64,000 bases of DNA from Octopus vulgaris (lineage: Eukaryota). Of the stretch, positions 1-12,890 are shown one piece after another. The position numbers and the translations under genes were made by a program. The notes below the pieces were generated by a model, which worked only from the letters and a program-made list of their open reading frames with translations, made no database searches and was not told the origin of the DNA. The stretch covers positions 14,942,001-15,006,000 of the forward strand of contig OX597822.1 of the NCBI GenBank assembly GCA_951406725.2, written 5' to 3'. Position 1 is the first letter of the stretch, and every line of letters starts with the position of its first letter.

Positions 1-452
1 ATATCTGGATATGCATCGCGTCCTACTACTCAAAAGATGCGTTTAGTCCAACATATTATTTGCTGAATTGAAATGTAATGCCAATCATTCCATCTTCGGA
101 ACATAATAACTATATAGTACGGGGTTTCTCGGTGTATTTACACCTCAAGAATATTTGAATTGGATAACGAGTTTGTAGTTTACATATCACTGCTTAACGC
201 TGTCACATGCTGCCGAATGGTACGACCAGTCATTGAACTCTGACGGAAATTTCATAAGAGTGACCTATCCTTCGAATCAATTCGCAGCATCTGCATTTCC
301 GGTGTCTGTTGCTGAAGAAAAAGAAATAACTCAGAAATATGTTCATTCCACCGTCTAGTTAGGGTGGGCTGCGAACTGACTTGGTTTATTCACACCTATC
401 TGTCTACGGCGAGAAATTATCTCCCTGAAAGAATAAAGTAATTGGCATTCTT

Positions 453-516
453 ACGGGTTCAAATATGCCTCAGGCATATTTGAACGGGTTCAAATATGCC
501 TCAGGCATATTTGAAC
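453..516. repeat. 31-bp tandem duplication, each unit containing a perfect 14-bp-arm palindrome
   Basis: acgggttcaaatatgcctcaggcatatttga at 453-483 and 484-514; gttcaaatatgcct-c-aggcatatttgaac is a self-complementary hairpin. Confidence 0.95.
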
Positions 517-1585
517 TGGTAACAAGTTTGTATTAATAACTACAGCAGATATTACCACCTATGTGAATCAGAGGATTAAGAGTTGATGAAGCTAGCAATG
601 GTTACAGACGTCAGACCAAAGACCGCTTTAGACATCTGAAATCCACTAAGATAATCTCATAATTCTAAATCAGAAAGTCAAGTTTTAATGTATATAATTG
701 GGGTTTTTCAGTTTATATTTACTGCTTAGTCAGAAAAAGCAAAGTGTAGCATCGATGATACTTATTTTATTAAGAAACTTCGTGATTTGGTGGAACAACG
801 GAAGGGGCATTTTCTGAAAATAGAGACTCTTGCCATTGAAAGAATTTTGATGTGGGCAACCAAAGACCAGGTGGTGGAGTTAAATCAGGTAAAGAACTAC
901 AACATTATCGATAATGAATTAAAAAAAAAATGATAACTAATTATTTACTAAGGCTCTTTACCTTTTAAAATATAAGCACAAAGTTTTCGGTATATGCATC
1001 CATAATATATTAGTTCGACGAAGAGTAAGTTACATACTGACATGAAAATATCCCATAAGTAATATACACAACGACGGAGTTAAAAATACCAATATAATAC
1101 CAATATAATTTACATTACATATGCAGCTGACACGAATTAGAATTCCTGTATTATTGAAAAGCTTTTATCTTCCAAACGGAATTAGTCATTATTTATTGAA
1201 ATGCAATTTTGCAATTTGTTCCGATATTCATACCAAGTGAAGAGCATATAACATTTTATCACGCATTTGTACAGCTTCAGCGTCTCATTGAATCCGGAGT
1301 CAAATTAACGAAAATTGTAAAATAAAAACCTAATTCTATTTGCATCTTGTTCTGTGTTATTCTCTCTCTCTCTCTCTCTCTCTCTCCTTTTCTCCGTGCC
1401 AAATTTCTTATGATATATATGCTATGTATGGACACACACACACACACACACACATCTCTCTCTCACACATACATCTTTCTCACACACACACACATCTCTC
1501 TCACTCACACACGCATCTCCCTCTCTCACATACATCCATCTCTCTCTCTTACACACACATATCTCTCTCTCACACACACATAGTT

Positions 1586-1634
<49 letters not shown>

Positions 1635-2353
1635 GTGTGTGTGTGCGTGTATACACAGTCACTCCCACACACTCACACACACATATATTTGTGGGAAATA
1701 AAGTCCTACCATGTTTCAAGATGGGAAAGAAACGAATGCTACTTTGGTTTTAATTGATATATTTAATCAAGATAATATTCCCCTCATTATTGATAACATA
1801 ATCCCATCTATTTGGAAAATTATTGATTCTATAGGCGAAAAACTCCTCACCCAATATCATTTTTAAGTTCTTGGAGAATTAATACACTGTTCACCGCTAA
1901 ATAATATTACAATGATCTAAAAAGATGAGAGTTAGATTGAGCAAAACAGCCATATGCAGTTCTCTGATGGGCTTTTTGTCACATGAGCAATAAGTATGTA
2001 GTGTTCTATCCAGTAAAGTCGACACTCCTTTACGATGGACCCACGGTAGTAGATTTTACTTTAAATTGAATACTTGAATACAATACCTCTTCGTATTAAC
2101 TGTTTCACTTTGGTTGAGCTCTTCATACTGTTTAACACTCTTCATATTCCATCAAATTCAGTGCATTTCTTTATCCGGGTGTATTCTTGGCTTGGAGATA
2201 GACTTTCCTTTGCATCGACTGTTAACTATTATCGTTTCCGCTATACAGCTAACTTTTCCTTAATTGCGACAATATTATCCAGAAAAAGGTCAGTTGGAAA
2301 TCTAGTTTTCAATGACGAATTTTATTAAGCTAAGTGGAAATCAGGTAATATAA

Positions 2354-3170
2354 AATTAATAAGAGGAATGAGCACTAAATGGATTCCTAATATGCTAAAG
2401 ATAGACGTCGAATCGCCTTACCACAAGAGTGTGTTCTTAAGGAAAGAAAATCTCAGCAAACGCCAGAATGTAAAAAATAAGTTGGACAAATGAAAATATA
2501 CAAAATAAAACGATTACCAACGTATCATGATTTCGTTATTAACATTTGCATAATGCAAAATGAAAATATCTTTATCTCCTCAACGTAGTCTGTTACATTT
2601 CAAAACATATTTCACAGAACTATACACAGAAACGTTCACCCGAAAGAAAACTCATGTACAGTTCTGCAAAATATATTTTAGGGGTATCTTTTAAATGGCT
2701 TCATTTTGGCGCGCTGAGGCCGGAAATAACCCTGCAGATAATAAATTACCGCAGTTAATTTTCCGGTTAGAGAACATTGCTATTTTAAATTAAATAATGA
2801 GGGTAGAAATTGAAATCAATCAATTAACATCAATTAAAACCAGTGGTCAAGCATATTTAAAATCCGAACTTTAAAAATTATATTACAATTAATAAGAGAA
2901 ATGACCACTAAAGTGGATTCTTATTATTTTGTATATTCTCATTTGTCTTGCTCAGTTTTACATTCTGGCATTTTGCTGAGATTTTTCTTGAAAACAGCCT
3001 TAATGATAAAGCGATTTGACGTCTATCTTTAGCATATAGGAATCCACTTTAGTGGTCATTCCTCTTATTAATTGTAATATAATTTTTAAATCTTCGGATT
3101 TTTTTTGAATATGCTAGACCACTGGTTTAAATTGTTGTTGATTGATCGATATCATTTTCTACACTCATTT
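2354..3170. mobile_element. Diverged inverted-repeat cluster, probable Penelope-like pLTR remnants
   Basis: 2354-2508 (+) and 2796-2920 (+) are reverse complements of parts of 2924-3170; ends at (TA)n. Related fragments at about 1743-1790, 17044-17090 and 58075-58165. Confidence 0.6.
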
Positions 3171-3261
3171 AATTATATATATATATATCAGTAATCCAAA
3201 GATGAACAAAGAGAAAACAGAAAAGTGCGAGGACGTGGAACAAGTATAGTGTTATTGGACG

Positions 3262-3324
<63 letters not shown>

Positions 3325-3995
3325 ATACACGCATACACACATATGCTTCATATAACATATACCCTGCTTCCTATACAATACTCTAATTTTTGTTCAGGCT
3401 AACAATATCGTACACACACACACACGCATATATATATTTATATGTATACACTTAGAAATTAACCAAGTTAAAGTTTCTACCTCTGTAAGAACAATGGAAA
3501 GCTGAGAAATACGAATATCCGTTTGATGGCGTTAACCTGTTGCCTTCAGCTATAGATTATGAGAAAATTTCATTACTAACGATAAAATATTCTGAGTTTC
3601 TTTTTCTTTACTTTTCTTACCAAATATAGTGGAATGTTTCTATATCTAATACAGACCAAAAATCTTAGTCTCGGCGTCTGCCAGCTTCTGCGAAATTGCT
3701 GTAAGGGAAATTCATGGTTTTTGGATAAATTTACATCTTGCTGGGAAAGCAAAGGAGTATCTGGCATTTTACAACTAGTTACTGCTCTCAAATGAAAAAA
3801 AACAAAACAATTTCGATTCTGCCTATTACACATCTATGGGCAGCATCTATATAAATTTTCAACCGTACACACACACACACACTTACACACTTACACACAC
3901 TCACACACACATACACACAAACGCGCTCTCTCTCTCTCGCATGCTTTGTCTACATTATTATTGAATTATAACTATGCGGTGCTTATTAAATTTTC

Positions 3996-4290
3996 GGCAT
4001 GGCTGTAAGGTTAAGAAGCTCGCTTGGCAACCACACGTTTCTGGTTTCAGTCCCACCACTGCCCGGCACCGTGGGCAAGCATCCTACAATGAAACTTGGG
4101 CCGTGCATGTGCGTCTTTGTGTTTGTTCACACCAGCGATGCTGGTCTGTTTATGGACGCATAACTTTGTGTCCGGTAGAATACAGGGATATAATAAATAC
4201 CAGATTGTGCTGGGGTCGATTTACTAACCCTTCGAAGCTATGCACTAATATGGCAATAGTCCAATGGCTGAAACAAATTAAAGGTAAAAA
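3996..4290 (+). mobile_element. Degenerate tRNA-derived SINE (family A)
   Basis: Same head (ggctgtaaggttaagaagct...cagtcccac) and tail (ctgaaacaaat-aaa) as the copy at 18357. Confidence 0.7.
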
Positions 4291-4428
4291 ATTACTCTGC
4301 CAATCTAATTTTTAATCTGATTCTGTATATGTAGTCTTATATAATTTTTGGTATATATCTAAACATACTGTGTCAATATAATTATTTTTTAACTATCTCT
4401 TAATTTTTTCTGTCTCAACAATTTTCAG

Positions 4429-4482
<54 letters not shown>

Positions 4483-5010
4483 TGTGTCTATACTATTTTC
4501 CGCATCTGATTATATATGCTATGTGGAATGTTTTGCTACAGCGCCGAATCCTACTGTATTAATCCTGACATGACTGCTTCAGATTTGGCTGATATGCGGT
4601 GATCGGATGGCTGTCACTGAAGAAATACAGTACGTCAAAATCATGTGGTCTAACAATTATGACGCCCGCAGCTGACGATTCTCGTCCGCCAACGATATAA
4701 ATATGTGTAGGCTTATGCATCATGCATCCATATGAGAGTTTCTCTTCAGGTGAATACCACCGTATTTGGCATTCTAAAAAACATTCACGATAAGCTGTAT
4801 ATAATTTAGGACAAACATAAGTTGTCATTATAGTACCCGGAGTTTCGAATGTCGGAGCGATGTTGATCGTACGAGATGCAATGTTGCAGCCTAGACACGT
4901 TTTGCACTCAGTATTATCTTCTCCATTCTAGTCGTTGTGGGTGTTGCTATTATTTTCATCATTTTTGCAGAAACATCATAGAATATATTATCAATAAATA
5001 CTTCTCATTA

Positions 5011-5227
5011 AGGCTTTGAGGTGGCGGAATCGTTAGCGCACCGGGTGAAATGCTTAGCGGTTTTTCGTTCATCTTCACGTTCTGTGTTCAAATTCCGCTG
5101 AGGTCGACTTTGCTTTTTATCTTTTCAGGATCGATAATATAAGTACCAGCTGAACACTAGGATCAATGTAATCGAGTTATCCCCTTTCCAGAAATTGCTA
5201 ACCTTGAGCCAGGCTTCGAAATCAATA
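5011..5227 (+). mobile_element. tRNA-derived SINE (family B, Meta-like central domain)
   Basis: B box gttcaaattcc followed by gtcgactttgc...tcgataa...aagtaccag core shared with many copies in the window. Confidence 0.8.
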
Positions 5228-5510
5228 CATAGTTCTTATTTTTGAAATTAGCAGGTGTGATTTGGGACAGGTTTTTTCCTAGGTTCAGCATGTTCAGGTG
5301 AAACGACTCTGTCACGTGCACTAGTCAATTACATGTGGAGCAATGTTGGCCTTGTTCGAATCATTGTCTTGTGTATTTCTGAACTTTTGTTATTGTAATC
5401 GTTGTTGTCGTTAGATCCAGGTAAATCCTGAAAAATCTATGATTAAATGTTCCATCCGTGACATTCCCTGCATTTGTTAGAGATATGTAAGTCTACTTTA
5501 TGTAAAGTCT

Positions 5511-5881
5511 TTTATCTTTTACTTGTTTCAGTCATTAGACTGTGGCCTTGCTGGAGTACCACCTGGAAGGAATTTTAGTCGAACGAATCGACCCCAGAAC
5601 TTATCTTTCAAAGCTTGGTACTTATTTTATCAGTCGCTTTTGCCGAACCGCTAAGTTGCAGGGCCGTAAACGCACCACCGTTCGTTGGGGACAAACACAG
5701 ACACAAAACACATGCATGTGCACGCACGCCCTCCCACACGACGGGATTCTCTCAGTTTCCGTCTATCAAATCCACTCACAAGGCTTTGGTTGGCCCGAGG
5801 CTATAGAAAAGTCACTTGCTCAATTTGCCACGCACTGAGATGGAACTCTGAACTACGTAGTTAGAAGGCAAGCTTCTTACC
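5511..5881 (-). mobile_element. tRNA-derived SINE (family A)
   Basis: Reverse complement of the 18357-18766 family over most of its length. Confidence 0.85.
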
Positions 5882-6160
5882 CTATCACTTTAAAAAAATA
5901 CCCACCAAATCGTGTGAGATTTTATGTTACTTTGATAGCCATTTTTGCCAGGAAGATATGCAATGTCGTAAGGAAAATTCTGGTGGTGGTCAGTGAAAAG
6001 ACAGCAGAGATGACTTATTCATCTGTTTCCTCCTGATCGTTAACGTGTTTTTCCGAGAAATGTAGCCATAAAACATTTTATTTCTTCCCCCGTTTAATAA
6101 CATTCCGAAGGAAATCGAAAGTTCGAAAGTCACATATCAAATTACTACAATATACCGTCG

Positions 6161-6365
6161 AAGGCAATAACCTGGCAGAATGTTAAGCACGTCGGACAAA
6201 ATGCTTAACGGAATTTCCTCCGTTTTTTTTACATTCTGAGCTCAAATTCTGCCGAATCCAGCTTTGCCTTTCATCCAATCGGGGTCGAGGAAATAAAGTA
6301 CCAGTCACGTACGGATAGTGGTAGTGAGGAGAGGGGAGTGATAGATCGATGTAATCGACTTGTCA
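6161..6365 (+). mobile_element. SINE family B
   Basis: ctggcagaatgttaagcac head, gcctttcatcc...ggggtcga core. Confidence 0.75.
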
Positions 6366-6784
6366 AATCTGCTGGGTTTGAACTTTGCAACGAACTGGGT
6401 TCCTGTTCAGAGGAAATGTTGTGATCTTTGGCGACAGGGTAACAAGCATTATGGATGCTGGAGCTTCAACCGACTATCATAATATAGCGCGCTCTATTCT
6501 TGGATGAAGCGGTGCGTTGTGTCCATGAGTAAGGCACATCGTTTAACTCTCATTTGGTTGCTATAACTGTAATAAGTAACGGTAATGGAACTGTTACAAT
6601 CCTTTTTGCTCCAGGAATCTCATCCTTGTTGTTCCGCTGAGTCAATGGTAGGAGAGGATGTCTATTTCTGCTCTCCATTACACCGGCATCCAAAACGATG
6701 AACGAAAGCGCTGTTGATGTTACTGAACCAAACACGCTTGCAAATGACGGCGAGCTGGAATTTATTGTTCCCAAACTATTAGTT

Positions 6785-6972
6785 TCTAATTTTGGCGCAA
6801 AACTAGAAATTACAGGGTTGGGAGTCAGTCGATTCCAAATATCACATCAACCTCGAAAGGGATGAACGGCGAAGTCGACCTCGGTGGAATCTGAAATCAG
6901 AACGTAAAAATAAACGAAATGCCGCTAAATATTTTGTCCGGCATGCTAACCATTCTGCCAACTCGCCACCTT
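6785..6972 (-). mobile_element. SINE family B (inverted relative to the 6161 copy)
   Basis: Reverse complement of family B head and core (gaagtcgacctcggtggaat...ttctgcca). Confidence 0.75.
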
Positions 6973-7842
6973 CCTGCTTACAAATAATTACAATATTTTT
7001 GTATACGGTTCAGTGTGGCGTATCATGTAAAAATATTCGAGGTTTAATTCCAACTACATAAACCTGATTTAGTTAGGATATGAAGTTAATCTCAGCCATT
7101 AACTTATATTAAACCCTTTTTAGCCCTTTATATCCAATATATTGTCCTATATATTATTTTACATTAGAACATATTCTACATTTTGTTTATAGCGGAAAAT
7201 GCAATAAAATATGGGTGAATGATATATACAGCAAAGAATAATCGTTAAAAACAAACTTATTTGCTGAACATAATTAAAATCACAATGTCCCATTTCTTTA
7301 TAGAATAGATCATGCATTTGTATTCTTTCCAAACTTTTCTGCTGACCAATATACTAAATATATCAATGATGGTAAAATTTCAATAACTATAAATGGTTGA
7401 CCTACTTTCGTGCGTTCATTTATATTACAGCAATGAACTCATATTGAAGCGGAAACAAAACGAAAAGCAAGGCCTCTCCCCAACATAAGTTAATAGAAAG
7501 ATCAAAAATACTAAACAGATAGGTCTGGTGACAAAATTGATTCTCTGCTCGAAGCAATCAATTGAAATAATTTGCTTCCCAATATTTTAGCAAATGGATA
7601 ACCAACGCTTAATAAGATGAACAAAATCTATCTAAATATTGTTTGTGTATGCATGAGTATTATCCATATTGCTTCTATGATCCTGGGTGCACACACACAC
7701 ACAACACACACACACACACCTACACACAAAAACACACATATATACGTATATACATATTTATATATATATTTATACACATATAAACATACGTATATATAGA
7801 TAAATATATATATACATATGAGTATATATATATACATATGAG

Positions 7843-7889
<47 letters not shown>

Positions 7890-9220
7890 ACCATATGAAC
7901 ATATGCCCACACATATATACATACATACGCTCACATACACCTATATATGTATATATGATGCGCCTATATGCTGGTTGTGTTCCCGGTGTGCGGCTTCATA
8001 CTTTCTCCTCATTTCATACATTTCCGTTTGTCTCTGCATTGCACTCTGTTTCTATTCACATTATGATATATTGCAATAATTAAAAGACCAACACGGCATC
8101 AGCAGAGCACAGAGTAACAGGGTTATGGAAGAATGAAAGACAATTTACAAAGTAACTAATACAACCCCAATTTTTCAATAAATTGTTTGTTAAATACAAT
8201 ATATATTTAATGTGGTAGACATGGATATGAAATATTCCTTTGAAAGAACTTCAAAAGGAGTAATTTCAGCATTGCTGTATCAGTGAAGCTTTCTTATTCG
8301 ATTCGAATATGACAGCAACTGTACTGACAGTTCAATCACTTATCTCCCAACCGTGAAATGGTCCTATTCAATATTTGCTATTTGTATCCTTTGTATAAAT
8401 CAATCCCACACAAGCATCGCTCCATTCTAAAACTTGTTTATATACTTTACTTATTTTTGCCTTTATTACTCCATCCTGAATAGTTATTTGTTTCAGATAT
8501 ATAGGGTAATGGGAAATAATAAAAGCTAAATCGATAAAGCAATGAAGTTTGAAATAAGAGGAAAAAGAGCATCAACGTTAATCGGATGTGCTGTAGTTCT
8601 TTCATTTCTCCAATATAGAGTGAATACAGAAGGAAAATTGATAAATCCTCTGCAGTAACAGACATAATCTTAAGCAAATTATTGGCCGACTTATAGTTTT
8701 TGGTTGCTGTTATCTTTAGATATTAGTTTCAGTTGGGTTTTAGATATATATGCACGTAAAAAACAAATAGAAAATTAAGACACGTATCCGGCTTGGGATA
8801 GTTTCTGTATAAATTCTCGATTGAACTCTTAATTGAACGTCATGCAAGGGATCAGAGAGAAATTCGAGGTTACTAATCCAGGCAGGTTTCATTAAAGTGT
8901 GTAATTTCTTAGTCAACTAAGACTTTAAGATATTTCTTATTCACAACAAAAGATATCAATACTTTCTCTAAGAATTTTATATGAGAATTGGTTAATGCTT
9001 CCATCGAATATTCTTTTGTTTCTTAGTGTACAGGAAAGCAAATACACACATAGAAACATACACACACACAAACTTTGATGCACCCACACACCCACCCCTA
9101 TACAGACACACACACATACACGTGTAAATACACAGCCATATATGTATTACATAGATATACATATACTGATATATAATATGTGTATATGCGTATCTTCCCC
9201 CCTCTCTCTCTTTATTTTTT

Positions 9221-9808
9221 TGATAAAGAACCCGTTTTTTGTTTTGGTCAAGTTTAGTGTTCTGCTTAGTTGACTTCCCTGTCAGAATGGTCATCAACCG
9301 TTCCAGTTGGTTGATTCTTTTAGATCAATGTCCCGCAGACATAAACCCGTAATACTAAATCTTCCTATCAATGAACCGGAAACACTTTAACCCAATTCCG
9401 ATTGAATAAATAAAGCATGCTCAAAAGAAAATATAAACTGCAACTAAATATCCGTTAATTATACACTTGTAAGAAGAAAATTTCAATTTCTCCACACACA
9501 AAAAAAAAACAACAAAAAAAAAAAAAACAAAACAAAAACAGCAGATATAATTCTAAAACTTTTGTAACAGTCTTCCTCCTGGGTTTCGAAACCGCATCTC
9601 CAAATCACTATACAATAACACCATACAGCATCTCAAATACCAGTCGCTGACCTCAATTATCACTAGACCAATGAAATTTTATCTCCGATCAGAACCGGAC
9701 CCTCAGGAAAAACAAACAAACTAACCCCTTAAGAGAATCAACGGGGAAGTCAACCAAGCAGAACGCCAAACCTGACCAAGACAAAAGAAAGGTTGTTTAT
9801 CAAAATAA
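9221..9808. mobile_element. Diverged inverted repeat (9221-9325 vs 9725-9808), possible Penelope-like pLTR pair
   Basis: ttggtcaagtttagtgttctgcttagttgacttccc is the approximate reverse complement of gggaagtcaaccaagcagaacgccaaacctgaccaa. Confidence 0.55.
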
Positions 9809-10871
9809 ATTGTCGTCACGAAACCTACCACCAATCAAAACCTGTTCCTATGTACAGGGAAACAACCAAAACACCAATGACAAAACAAAACCTATTTTTT
9901 GACCAAAAACATCCACCAAAAGAATAAGATGTCATCAGAATAATAATGAATCAAAACTTAGATCCATTCACAAAAAAATATATGTATCCACAAGCTATTC
10001 TCTGATTCCAAAATACTCCGTTTAAAGCGTAGAGGCTTGTACTCTGCGGAAAAAGAACAAAACGTAGGACGACAGAAACTGTAAGATTCCTACTTTTTTT
10101 ACTCTCTTCTTTTCCTCTTTCATTCCCTTCTCCACGTATTCTATAATAACTCAATATGACCGAACGTTTGGTAATTCACAATTCTTTATATTCTTTGCCG
10201 ATCATTTTTGATATTATCTACCCCTATCATTGAATTTTGTGATGTTTTCTACTTCAAAATTTTAAATCCTGCTAAAATGCCATGGTTTTATATACGTTTA
10301 TACTATTGATAAACAAAACATTGTTGAAACTAATTTGGTATGTATTGAAATAAAATTATTTAAAAACAAGTTTTTCAAATTCACGTGCATTTTCAAAAAC
10401 AAATCTCATATTTTCTCCTGCTCTGCCATACACCTCTTCTTTCCATACATACATACATACATACATACATACATACATACATACATACATACATACATAC
10501 ATACATACATACATACATACATGTGTGTGTGTGTGCAATAATAAACCGCACACAAACATTTACACACAACAAAAAAGAAAAATGTGCGCACACAAACCAA
10601 TGTACATCGAGCTTCCGAGCTGTTTCCATCCACCAAATTTTATCCATGAGTCATAGATGAAATTCTCCCTAAAATAAAAGGAGCAGACCCAATGTAACAG
10701 GAAGTGAATCGGCTCGATCGAGAAATGATCTAGGAAAATATATCGAGCCAGCAAAGTCAAGTTTGCGAAACTATCTTCGGAACCGCACGTGAATTGTTGC
10801 GTCTGAGTCTAGACAATTATTATTATATTTCATATGTATTAGTCATAGGCTTTGCTGAAGGTGCAGTTGCT

Positions 10872-11026
10872 GTCGTGGGTGTGTGGTAAGAAGCTTACTT
10901 TCCAGCCACATGATTCTGGGTTCAACCTCACTGCGTGGCAGCTCGGACAGGTGTCTTCTACTAAAGTCTCGGGCCGACCAATGTCTTGTGAGTGGATATA
11001 GTAGGAGGAAACTGGAAGAAGCCCAT
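10872..11026 (+). mobile_element. SINE family A 5' half, interrupted by a CR1 insertion
   Basis: gtgtggtaagaagctt...gggttcaacctcactgcgtggc head; the body appears to resume at about 11994-12050. Confidence 0.7.
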
Positions 11027-11049
11027 CAATGACGTTGCAAATTCCATTG

Positions 11050-11993
11050 AACATAGCACCATTAAAATATTGCAGATGACTCAAAGCTTCAGAAAGGCTT
11101 TAAAGGAGATTATCATCGAACGATGCCTCGATAGGACCTATGAGTAGTAACCTACTAGGCACACACACACGAAAAAAAAAAAACATGCAGCAGAACGAAG
11201 AAAAATTCGAGCTCTTCCACTTTGGAAAAGAGCCATATACACAACCGTCCGGAGACCTACTTGAACCGTTGGATAATATCAGAGACTTAGGCGTTACTGT
11301 CGACAGCAACCTTGGTTGAAGTGGGCACATCAACAAAAACGTCGATGTTGCCCGCAGAATGTGTTCATGGATCATCAGGACTTTTCAATCTAGGGATCAT
11401 GAAACCATCACCCTTCTCTTTTCCACATTCGCTAGGCCCCACCTCGAATAATGTTGCTCATTGTGCCCCCCCACCTCCAAAAAACAAGACATGAAGATCG
11501 AAGCGTCACTGAAAAATAATAATAAATGGCATGGCGGGATCAACGCCACCGTGAGCGATACATTATAAGCACCATGTCGAAAATATTTCGCCAATATTAT
11601 CGAAATGACATCGGTATTATGTTTATAATTCACCCAAGAAAAGACCCCCGTGCAATGTGGCCCCTACAGAGGTCGAGATCACATCACATGAGAACATCGC
11701 GGCACAATTTTTCACTACAAGTTTTCCTGCTCTTTTCAATATTCCCTCGAATGAAATTAAAATAGAAAAAGATCCCACAACTTTCAAACGCTACCTGGAC
11801 AAATTCCTTCAGGAAATACCGGGTAAACCACTAACACCTGGATAAGTCTCAATCAAGAACAACACCCTGCTTGAGTGGTCCATGGTGTCCCGAAATAATT
11901 AACTAAAAGACTTTTCCAGGTGGTGTTATTGAGTTAGTCATGGACTGGGCTGATAATGGCCGAAACCAATCTAAGTTGCCTAAGTTATCTAAG
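11050..11993 (+). mobile_element. CR1-group LINE 3' fragment (RT C-terminus and 3' UTR), decayed
   Basis: Reads ...NEEKFELFHFG...IRDLGVTVDSNL...ARRMCSWIIRTFQSRD...RPHLE*CC...RHRERY...FKRYLDKFLQEIP; short-repeat tail ctaagttgcctaagttatctaagt. Confidence 0.85.
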
Positions 11994-12096
11994 TCACACA
12001 CACACACATCTTTGTGTCTTTGTGTCATTGTTGGTCATCTACCACCGTCCGACATTCATTCGCCGCCTCGAAATTGCAGAAATATTCTTTTGTAGT

Positions 12097-12671
12097 CTAG
12101 GCACAAGGCACGAAGTGTTTTTGGGGAGAGGGGGCCAGTCGATCAGATCGATCCCAGTATTTGACTGATATTAATTTATCTCCTCCGAAAGGACGAAAGG
12201 CAAAGTCGACCTAGGCGGAATTTGAACTCAGAACGTAACGGCAGACGAAATACCTATTTCTTTACTACCCACAAGGGGCTAAACACAGAGAGGACAAACA
12301 AGGACAGACAAACGGATTAAGCCGATTATATCGACCCCAGTGCGTAACTGGTACTTATTTAATTGAACCCCAAAGGATGAAAAGCAAAGTCGACCTGGGT
12401 GGTATTTGAACTCAGAACATAAAAACAGACGAGATACCTATTTCTTTACTACCCACAAGGGGCTAAACATAGAAGGGACAAACAAGGACAGACAAACGGA
12501 TGAAGTCGATTACATCGACCTCAGTGCGTAACTGGTACTTAATTTATCGACCCCAAAACGATGAAACGCAAAGTCGACCTCGGCGGAATTTGAACTCAGA
12601 ACGTCACGACAGACGAAATATCGCAAAGCATTTCGCACGGCTTGTTAACGTTCCTGCCAGCTCACCGCCTT
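12097..12671 (-). mobile_element. SINE family B with three tandem 184-bp internal units
   Basis: Core gtcgac at 12205, 12389 and 12573; single tRNA-like head at the right end. Confidence 0.9.
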
Positions 12672-12705
12672 GGAATTGCAGAAATATTACCGGAACTTTT
12701 GGACG

Positions 12706-12890
12706 GCGTGATGGCAGAATAGTTACCTCACGGAGACAAAAGGCTTTGCGGCATTTAGTCAGTTTTTACGTTGAGATTTCAAATCGGGCTGGGGTCAGCC
12801 TCTCCTTTCATCCTTTCGGGATCGACGTAATCGACATATCCCTATCCCCGAAAATTTTGGCCTTCTGCCAAAATTCGAAATCAATATTAA
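12706..12890 (+). mobile_element. SINE family B, head-to-head with the 12097-12671 copy
   Basis: ggcgtgatggcagaatagtta head, cctttcatcctttcgggatcga core. Confidence 0.7.

Noticed and set aside
4610-4860. Scattered CTGAAGA and CGAAAC motifs
   Set aside because: I could not build the three stems in a consistent order on either strand
8550-8670. Short ORF MKFEIRGKRASTLIGCAVVLSF...
   Set aside because: 38 codons, no supporting splice or homology evidence; expected by chance
12190-12610. Regularly spaced repeats resembling a CRISPR array
   Set aside because: Whole 184-bp units repeat with no unique spacers; eukaryotic SINE body, no cas genes
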